Below, piece after piece: positions 54,386 to 64,000 of a stretch of DNA of 64,000 bases. Both the position numbers and the translations under genes were made by a program. The stretch lies in assembly GCA_053919585.1 (NCBI GenBank), contig CM132787.1; one strand, 5' to 3'. The notes under the pieces were generated by a model that saw only the letters and a list, made by a program, of their open reading frames with translations, was not told the origin of the DNA and did not search any database. Source of the stretch: Euprymna scolopes (lineage: Eukaryota). How positions within the stretch are numbered: the first letter of the stretch is position 1; each line of letters starts with the position of its first letter.

Positions 54386-54765
54386 GACATTCAGTCAGAG
54401 TAGCTTCTTGTGATTCAAGCCACTACTGGTATTCTGATAAAGTCAACTAGAAAAGCTTCTTGTTTTTCAAGCCCCAATTGGTCTTCTGATGAACATTTAA
54501 CCAGAGTAGTTTCTTGTGTTTCAATCCCCGACTGGTCTTCAGATAAACATTCACCAAGAGGAGCTTCCTCTGTTTAAAAGGACGGATTAGTCTCCAGATG
54601 AACATTCAGCCATAGGAGCTTTTTGGTATAAGCTCCGACTGGTCTTCTGATATACACTGAGGCAGAAGAGCTTCTTGTGTTTAAAATCCCGACGAATCTT
54701 CCGATGAAAATTCAGCTACAGGAGCTTCATTGTATTTAAAGCCCGACCGTCCTGCTGTTGAAAAT
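54386..54765. repeat. Diverged tandem repeat, about 54-bp unit, about 7 copies
   Basis: The agcttcttgtg-like anchor recurs at about 54402, 54454, 54508, 54562, 54617, 54669 and 54723. Confidence 0.9.
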
Positions 54766-54816
54766 ATAAAATAGTGTTATCATCGCAATCATCAGTGCAA
54801 TATATATTATATTATA

Positions 54817-54856
<40 letters not shown>

Positions 54857-55010
54857 ATACGTTTTTCTTTGTTTCGTTGTATGTACTTATATATTTATAT
54901 AATAATCATTTTTTAGACCTACATACACTAGTTTTTCATGCTTACGCAATGATCAGTGTAGGTAACAATTCCTTCCTGTAATATAAGATGATTTTGAAGA
55001 CAAGGAAAAT

Positions 55011-55353
55011 CCTGGTATAAAATGGATTACATAAAAAATGCGAGCATGAGAAGTAATATGTCTAGGATTAACCTTAGAAAGATAAAAGGATTAGTTATTA
55101 AAACTGGAAACGAAAAAGATATTCTAGTAAAAAATATAAATGATCAACTTATAATATTGCAACATTAATTTTTGTACAGAATTCAATTTAACATTATATA
55201 ATCAATTCTTAATACTTTAACATTTTAAGTTATGAATTTAATATATTTTTACTAGAATATATTTTGCTTTCCTGTTCCAGTTTTAACTAGTCTTTTTACT
55301 ATTCAAAGTTTAATTTAACCATATTATTTTACTGCTCGCATTTTTCTATGTAA
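55011..55353. mobile_element. AT-rich fold-back element, copy 3
   Basis: Same arms and spacer (ttcaatt..a..attatataatcaattcttaat) as 40879-41227; followed by (TA)n. Confidence 0.8.
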
Positions 55354-55871
55354 TATATATATATATATTATTATTAGTATTATTATTAATATTATTATTA
55401 TTATTATGTATCCACAATTTAATTATTACAGCTTAATATTTTCAGAAAAACACTTAAAGTATTGGACAAGTCATCAATTTAAATTTACGATGAATTATTA
55501 TTAACGAATAGTTCAGAAATATTTAAGAAAGGAACATATTTTATAAAAGCAACATTTAAAATATATCCTTACATTTATTTACAAAATAATTTATATTCTA
55601 AGATATCGATTAGATTCACTTGAAGATATCTATTTTCATAGCAGTTAAATGAACATAATTAAAATCAGAACTTAAATATTCGCATATGATTTCTAAATTA
55701 TACAACTATGGTTTATCGCGTTTTTAAGATAACGGTGTTGCATTAATATCATAAATAAACGTTTCCACCAGATTTGCATCATTTGAAACGTGTAATTATC
55801 CAATAAATAACTAGAAATAAATCGATATAGGCTAATTTTAAGGAATGTGTCTGTTTGTGTTCTTTTCACAG

Positions 55872-55988
55872 GGGATTCGGGTCACATCGGGCCACCAGGC
55901 CCCGTTGGTCCCAAGGGAGATGTGGGAATTATGGGAAGACCTGGGATTCCAGGAAAGCCAGGCAAAGACGGTCACCCCGGACCAACAG
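55872..55988 (+). CDS. Collagen triple-helix exon (internal, 117 bp, phase 1-1)
   Basis: gttcttttcacAG|...|GTAATA. 13 triplets (G)[38 protein letters not shown]; frame-compatible with 13576-13692. Confidence 0.93.
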
Positions 55989-57214
55989 GTAATAGAACTA
56001 TCTTAGAATCTTTTTTTATCACCTGTCACAGTATTTCAATTACCCATATTCTTATTTATTTCTCTCTTTTCTTCCTTGAAAGTTTAACGTTTTGTTTATT
56101 AATGCTTCTATTTTCTTGTACGTCAATTTTTAATGGAGACACTTGTAAGCATATTTACTTTCATGTGAGATTAGATGTAGAACGGTAACCGGAAATTATC
56201 ATAATGGGCTTCCGGTGTGGTAATGGAAAATATTGTGATATTTGTTGATATGAAAAAGATTCTTCTGAAATGTGTTTGTATTACTGGTTGATGATATCAT
56301 CTGCTGTTAATGACTCATACATAACCCTATGTTGTAGTTCATTTATGTTGCCACTCGTCCATTACATTATCCTCATCTGTGTGTGATATTCTCATCTCAA
56401 TACCATTTCTTTCACGTTGTTCAAAGCATATATATTTGCTTTTATGTTTTTTCTTCCTTTCATTATTTCCCTGTCTATTACTTTTTGTCTTTCCATTCTT
56501 TCTTGGACTTACTGCTATACCCATGTTTCTTCTAACATTGTCAACTTCTTCTCACTCACTCGCATACTGATCATATTTTACTCATCCTTCTGTGTGTTCC
56601 CTGTTTTCGCTGAACTAATTCAAAACCCTCTTCTTAGTTTCGTTGCATTGAAATCTAACAATAACTAACCTCTATATCCGTATGTATTTGATTAATACAT
56701 ACCCCATAACATTATTGTATATGTTGGCAAAAACGAATAAAAACTACTAGTATAGTAGTATGTAGTTATATTATGCTAATGTACCTCTAGGATATCTTGC
56801 TTAATCAGTTAGATAATGTGTACATGAGAATCGCGTAAATGATTAAGAAATAACTAAAAGGTTTAATTGACAAGTCATAATATTAAAGTTTCGTTTTGTT
56901 TAGAACTTTGAGAAGTTGAGCAATTAAAACTACTTCGCTTATATTTGGATTTCATTCTCACAATTTGTCGGCCGAAGTAATCTCTGACCTATTTTCATAC
57001 GTTGAAATCTGGAATCTCTCATAAAATTTACTGGGATAGCGTTTTATCATTTCATAAACAATGATCATGTAGAAATCTTAATTACTGCTTGTAATATGTT
57101 GAGTATTTAAAATTACTTTTTACTTAAAATTCAATCTTCCGCCTCCAGAATATGTTCAGCACTTGTTAATAACGTCGTCTGTTGAACCATCAGTAAAAAT
57201 AAATAGTTCGATTG

Positions 57215-57305
<91 letters not shown>

Positions 57306-57308
<3 letters not shown>

Positions 57309-57733
57309 TGTTGGGACGAGTCCAATATTTTCCCGATTCCGATACAATTACCGACTCCGTACTAAATTCCCGATTCCAATACAATTACTGATTCCGATTC
57401 TCTATAAATCTCTAAATATGTAACTATAGAGTGGTAATTTGGCCAATTTCTGTATAAAAAACACGTTAAATATGCATACATTTTCATCAACCTTAAATTA
57501 CACGGGTGGACGATTATCGATAGACTTTTGCTTTACTGGTATTTTAAATCAATAAATAGTTATTATTTTATCATGATTTCTAGCAACGTAAGATTTTGCT
57601 TTTAACAACATCAAATAAAAAAAGACAAAAGAATCGTTTGATATTGGAAAACAGACATCATTTTTTTCGATTCAGATACTGATACTCCAAAATTTGTCGA
57701 TTTTTCCGATTGCGATTAATCGTTCCAACACTT
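57306..57733. mobile_element. hAT-like MITE inserted at a (TA)n tract
   Basis: TIRs TAGTGTTGGGACGA / TCGTTCCAACACT; subterminal CCGATTCC/GATAC repeats at both ends. TSD degenerate. Confidence 0.7.
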
Positions 57734-57890
57734 ATATGTGTGTAGGGGGGTATATAAAAGGCAGTTGTCGGTGTTTTAATATAAGTATCTTTGTATGTAA
57801 AGCTAAAACTTTCAACCTACAAAAGAGCCAGCCAAAATATATGTATATTTTTGATCGGAATACTCCTGAATGAATAATATTTAAAAGTAC

Positions 57891-57937
57891 AAACAATAAT
57901 TTCCTGGAGATTAACTACGCCAGGTTTCATCAGGGGA
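57891..57937 (-). ncRNA. Degenerate hammerhead-like motif in a probable Penelope-like terminal repeat (about 57740-58200)
   Basis: Minus strand CTGATGA-aac-CTGG..CCAG-GAAA; stems I and III are not convincing. Confidence 0.3.
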
Positions 57938-58197
57938 GGTCGCTTATCAGCAATTTTCAATTAGTATATAAAGGAAACGCAAATGATATTTTGAACATGA
58001 AAACAAGAAAAACTAATGGGATAGAAGAAGGTAAATAGTGTGGGTGGGGGAAAGAGTTTGTGGAAAAAGGGAAAAGAATGGAAAGAAAGAAATATAGAGC
58101 AACGGATTACGAGACGTAGAGAGTAAGAGTTTAATATAAAGAGTCTACACAAACACACACACACTTATATCTCTCTTATTTTATAGCACCGGGTAGT

Positions 58198-58248
<51 letters not shown>

Positions 58249-58252
<4 letters not shown>

Positions 58253-59170
58253 GTTGTCCGGAAAATAATGGCCAATTTTAGAGAAAAAGGATTTATTAAT
58301 CAAATAGGTGACACTAGACATTGAAATTAGTCAAAGTATGATCCTTGAACAGCCATGCATTTTTGCCGTCTATCAACTAGATCATTTATGCCTCGTTGAT
58401 AACAATTCTTTGGCTTAGATGCTAAGAAATCTTTGTAAAAATATTTAACCTCTGCATTAGATCTGAAAGTTTTGTTGCTTAAAAACGCGGCTAAATGCTT
58501 GAAAAAATAGTAGTCCATGGGTGAAAGATCTGGAGAATAAGGAGGATGTGGTAAAATTTCGTATCCCAAGTCTGTGAGTTTCTGCAGTGTCATTCTCGCA
58601 ACACTTCAAAACGTTGAGCTTGTTGATTTTCATTGAGCTCATGTGGGACCCATTTGTCGAGCTTTTTACCTTGCCAATTTGCTTCAGATGGTCCGACACT
58701 GTTGAACTGCTAACACCAAGTTCCCGAGACAGTTCCCTGACACTTTGCCGTGGGTTTTGCTCAACAATGGCTCTCAAATTTTCATTGTCAAGATTAGATG
58801 GCCGTCCTCTACCTTCTTCATCTTTAAGGCTCTCATCACCACTACGAAACTTTTGAAACCACCTACGTACTGTTCTATCACTTGTGATGCCTTCTCCCCA
58901 TGCCCTATTAATATTTGCAGTTGTTTGAGAAGCATTGTTACCAAGCTTAAACTCATGCAGGAAAAGTAATCGTAAGTCTTCTTTTCTCATATTCCAAATT
59001 ATGGGCTCATTCACTCATAAAACGTGTTCTGAAGGAAAAAAGTAAGAAAATATTAAAGAGCACCTATAAATCAATAATCATGTTGATGTTTACCTGAAAT
59101 ATAATAAAAATCCTATGATAAAATCCAATTTCAAAACAGACTTCCTGAAATGGCCATTATTTTTCGGACA

Positions 59171-59176
<6 letters not shown>
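58249..59176 (-). mobile_element. Internally deleted mariner element (Hsmar1/cecropia-like), 928 bp
   Basis: TIRs T(T/A)AGGTTGTCCG(G/A)AAAATAATGGCCA within (TA)n on both sides. HTH region (LFLHEFKLG..TVRRWFQKFRSGD..GRPS), frameshifted WVPHEL, HPPYSPDLSPMDY. The segments with the first two catalytic Asp residues are absent. Confidence 0.95.
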
Positions 59177-59222
<46 letters not shown>

Positions 59223-59634
59223 TCTATATTTGCATTACATTAATTATAAAAACAGTCTTTGTAAAACAAAAATCCAAGTCAAACCCCAGGAACAATATCA
59301 TTTGTCTTTAAAAAAATATGTGCGTCTTATTCGTGGATTCTAAACATATCGCTCGTTTTATAATTGTATTTGATTAAAGCTAATTTTAGAAAATAATGTA
59401 TTGAAATATAACTAAAATATCTTTTTACTATGCCTGCTTAAGCAGTTTTTTACATATTTTGTCTCATTTAATCGTTTTATAATATATCTAAATTATTAAA
59501 AGATTAGAGAAGACGTATGCTATACTAAAAATGCAAAATAAAGCATTAAATATATGCATAAACGCACTTTTATTTGTATTTAATAAACTATGTATCACGT
59601 TGTTTAATATAAAAATAAAGTATAAATATTGAAG

Positions 59635-59779
59635 NNNNNNNNNNNNNNNNNNNNNNNNNNNNNNNNNNNNNNNNNNNNNNNNNNNNNNNNNNNNNNNNNN
59701 NNNNNNNNNNNNNNNNNNNNNNNNNNNNNNNNNNNNNNNNNNNNNNNNNNNNNNNNNNNNNNNNNNNNNNNNNNNNNNN
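59635..59779. other. Assembly gap (145 N)
   Basis: Run of N. Confidence 1.
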
Positions 59780-60393
59780 AATATATAGATTTAAATACAT
59801 ATTTATGTGCAGTAATATCTATATTTAAAGTAATTTTATTGACCCTAGGATGGACACAATCCTATCAGAATTTTATTAACCTTATTTTATCTCAAAACCA
59901 ATTTCTATTCTAATGTTAGTCTCTTTTCTTTTTCGCTGGTTATATTTTATATCTTGGTTGCAATTATTGTATGTTCAAATTTCTACCTACTATATATATA
60001 TAGCATCAAACTTGGCACTGATTCTCTTAGTAAGAATATTTGTAAACGTTATTCAGTTATAGATTTTTTAATAAAACACTCAGCAAAATATATTTGTCCC
60101 CCAAATTATAAAATATAAACAAGCAGAGCTTACAAATCAGATTTACACTCATGGTTTACAACATAATCTAGTGTGACGGACAGAAACGTTGAATAGACAG
60201 ACTTTGGAGGAGGTCGGTATCGTGGATAGTTATGGTGTATACACGCAAAGTAGCATAGAAAAAATTGTATTTCCACCATTAACTGGACTATAGACTTAAC
60301 ATTTAAGGGTGTATTTTATCTAATTTAAATTAATAAAAGACAAACAGAAACAATCGTTTATTATATTTAGTATATTGATATATTAGGCTTGGT

Positions 60394-60441
<48 letters not shown>

Positions 60442-60625
60442 TGTTGCAAATATTTATGTTAACTATAATAGTTTTGAATAACAAGCACGACTATGATTCG
60501 GATTTCCCTTGTAGTTATAAGTAGATAAGCTATTAAGCTTTTTATACGTGTTTTACAGATATTTAATCGTTTCTTCCGCTACATGCATTCAAATTTACTC
60601 GAGCCCTGCAAAGGTCTGTAATGAG

Positions 60626-60791
60626 CAGGGCTAGGACAACCGCATTGTTTTGACTGTTTAATGTGTATCTGTTGATATCTTATATGCTTTTATATAGAGG
60701 GATGTTGATCCCGGTTGATTAACTGTGTCTGTGTCGGATATATACTCGAAAGTCAAAACAATGAAAAGAATATGCTGTTGTCATAACTCGA
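60626..60791. mobile_element. Second copy of the short hAT-type MITE
   Basis: Colinear with 33314-33491 (cggttgatt..actgt..ctgtgtcggatata..agtcaaaa.aatgaaaagaatat..tgttgtca); TSD GTAATGAG/GTAATGAC. Confidence 0.8.
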
Positions 60792-63700
60792 GTAATGACT
60801 AATAATTGAGATATAAATATTTCTTTGTACATAACTCGCAGTAAAACAATAAGTATTGGCTAAAATCAAAGTTATTTTCTATTTTATATTGTATGTAAGA
60901 ATGAAGAAGTTCAATCAGATAAACAAATATGAAATAAAGGAGGTCAATAGAGAAAGGTACAATTAATAATAATATATCTTGTATTTTTTATTATTAAATT
61001 ATGATAAACCTGATCATATGTTACTGCGATAACATTATTCACTACTTAATTATTATGCCTACAGAAGATATACTTAATTGTCGACTAATATTTATGTATT
61101 TTCCAGTGTCAATAATCGAATAATGATTACATACAGTAACACATCAATAAGGTTGGACGTAATCTGAGCTCAGAGGATCTAATTTTTAGTGCATTCGTTC
61201 GGTAGTCAAATCAGACTAGTAAAGCGTTAAATTTTCAAAAACTTATCTCTACGTGGATATAATGTATAACATCATGTCTTTTAGTTATTCATGAAACATT
61301 CATCATCTTGTTCAAAAGTATTTTTCCAAATAAGTGTGTTTTCCTATGTCAAAAAAATATATTCATGATAAACAAAATATTACTGATATGCATGAGGAAT
61401 ATTCAACTGATTAGAAAACTCCAACTTTGTTGAAACAGTTAACTGCATCCGCCATTACTTTAATTCGTTGATGTTTGCTTGTCACTGTGTTCTAATATGT
61501 AAAAATATAAGTGTTATAACATGTGTATCATTGTGACCGTGTAAGTTAATACTCTGGTAAATTCCGAAGTATTAACTTTTACATATTCGTGATATATTGC
61601 ATAACTTGTATATATTGGTGATATTTCATATATTATGAAAAATATTCTAAGAATGGGAAGACATTTGTAAATTAAAATTTGAAATGGACATTTAGAAAGT
61701 TTCTTTTAATACTTTTTAATTACTGGTAAATTAAAACCATTGCCATACATTATTCTATAACGTGGACTTCTGTGTTAAAGAAACATATATAAAGAAACGT
61801 ATTTACAATCAAAACTGAATTGGAGTATGGGCATAATAATTATTTACTACTAACCTTGACGATAATATATTTGAATAAATTCAGACACAGAATAGTAATA
61901 CCAGCTAAAATATATTTGTTAATCAGGCCAGAGTAATTACTTACTTTACTTGTAGATGTGTTGGTTCCTAAAAAGGCCGAATGCAATTAGAAAAGACAGA
62001 AGTTAACAAACGTATGTATTCAGATAAAATGCACACGTAATGATTATAGAAAGATTTTTTAGATTTGTTATAGCGTCTCAATATCTCATAATCAAACTAT
62101 TCAGGCATGCAATAAAATGTAATGGAAGGATTTTAAAAATCGGCCCATCTGTTTTATTTAATCTACATAAATAAAACAGTAGATTTATGCGTATGTGTTT
62201 CTGTGTTAAATATGTAACGCTAAAGAGTTCAGCTACTAGTAATATAACACTAAAAGTATATAAATATTTTTGGCGGGGGATGAATTACACGTACAAAAAT
62301 ATGTAGACAAGTTGAAATGCAAATTGTTCATATTACTTGCCGACACATTTTTATTTGTTTTACACATGCGCAAATTCAATCATAGCTGAATGTGGCTTGA
62401 GTATAAATCATGCTTATCTATTTGACGGGTTAACTCAAATCGCAATGTACGCAATATGATGCTTAATTAGGGAAGGCGGCTTAACCATGAAATATTTTGG
62501 TTTTGATTCTAACTGATGACACTTATTCAGTTTTGTAATGTTTGAAATCAGTAACATATATATATATATGGAGTCTGCTGTGCAGTAATAAAAACTAAAT
62601 ATGCATGAATTAAAATATATTTAAGCGTAGTTTTTCAATCAGGCAAGTTTAAAAATATCATTTCTATATTTGTTATATACTGTTCGTTAATATATCGACA
62701 TTAAACATGTGCTTTCAGCATCTTACATTTATATATTAGACACGCTTTAAAGATTTTACAATTTAGTAACCGTGTCAAATATATTCATTGTAATTAATGC
62801 ATTTATCGGTGTTTTGTGTGTATAGATATTTCGTTGAATCTAACAATCCCACACGATGTACACATTGTATAGAATATTATTCTTTTGACGTCAGACAACT
62901 TATATACACATGTATAAAAACAATATAGACGCGTATATGTTTTTCTTCTATTCTAATGTCTGTATAAAGTTTGTGGTTATAAATCATGTGTTATCACGGC
63001 TGTGTTCGCATGGAAATTTGAATTTCAATTGATAAGAAAACATGTCTAACTTCAGTTGATATTCTTTTTTCAAATCTCCCCGAGGATGCAACTTCTTATG
63101 GCAGTTATGGTATAAGGATATCAAATATTCAAACGTACTTAAAAACAATGGACTTTATATAATATTAAAAACAAATCAATTGACATATTCTTTTGTGATA
63201 TCTAAAACTAAAGACAAATCAAAATAAGAAAATCATAACCCAAGCAAATTAAGATTTGACATCTGAAGTTAAAATCAGATTAATTTGCTTAAATGAAAAA
63301 TTATTGAAAACGTTACGAAAATTTAGAATTGTCTAAACTAAAAACAGATAAAATATACGGAACGTGACCAATTCTATTGTTTGTTGTAAATATATGAGTG
63401 TATAATGCTGAACGTCTTATGTCATCTTATTAGTGCATAGATATTGTATCAACATGTTTTAGATAGTGAAACGAAGGACGGATAATGTAAATACATTAAC
63501 TGAAAAGTATTAAAAATACACGAATTGAAAAAAAATACGAAGAATCCGCTTTACATGAAAGAAACCAATTTGAATTTTGTAAAATATATTCTTTCATGTA
63601 GATGCACCCTATAACTTTAGCGTACATAATGGTATAATCGGGAAATGAATAAGCCTCGGGATACGGCATCAAAGCTCAGAAACAAAATACGGTACAGTAT

Positions 63701-64000
63701 ACAATATACATGTATAGAAACAAATAACATTGTAAATAACACCGTAACGCGGGAAAATGCCGTAATCAGGGGGTCAAAAACATCGTATTCCACATTGTAA
63801 CCTGAAGAAAACCGTATCCTTGACCACCGTATCCAGGGATTCTATTGTATATTTATTTAGGAAACATGTTTCTTGTAATGTGTAAAATAGAACTGGTTAA
63901 GAAATCGCAATGCCTATCTATTTCTCCAGACTGCATTCAATACTGCTACCGAATAAATCATTTCTGTTATATTTGGTCAAGTCGAATTTGTCCTTATTTT

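Noticed and set aside
54386-54765. CRISPR-like array or hammerhead array (contains CTGATGA)
   Set aside because: The whole unit repeats with no unique spacers, the context is eukaryotic, and no GAAA core follows a stem on the same strand.
55847-56188. 113-aa ORF from the track
   Set aside because: Only 55872-55988 is exon; the rest is read-through into intron beyond clear splice sites.
56300-56640. Possible RTE-like LINE 3' remnant on the minus strand
   Set aside because: Only compositional resemblance; no motif I can state with confidence.
59588-59913. ORFs spanning X runs
   Set aside because: Artefacts of the N gap.
63650-63852. Possible pogo/Tigger-like MITE end (ccgtatccagggattctattgta)
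   Set aside because: No clear matching left TIR or TSD.

Overview
AT-rich, repeat-dominated animal genomic DNA, probably invertebrate; the species cannot be determined from the sequence. The only host-gene signal is two 117-bp, phase-1 Gly-X-Y exons of a + strand collagen-domain gene (13576-13692 and 55872-55988). They are about 42 kb apart, so nearly the whole window is intron. The introns hold a layered set of transposons: a tandem array of Helitron-like units with a SINE inserted, hAT MITEs with 8-bp TSDs, a Tc1 (IR/DR) element, a maT/DD37D element, an internally deleted mariner, a degraded CR1/Jockey-group LINE, a LOA/R1-like RT fragment, several Penelope-like remnants, a 5S-derived SINE, and a decayed Gmr1-type Ty3/gypsy element (SCAN-like gag, integrase before RT). 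The most striking theme is hammerhead-ribozyme motifs in small non-autonomous elements. A young 578-bp fold-back element (47167-47744) carries a complete type I hammerhead on each strand, and a TSD-flanked tRNA-headed SINE (51212-51500) ends in a minimal hammerhead. All calls were made by eye; boundaries of degraded elements are approximate and no searches or folding programs were run.
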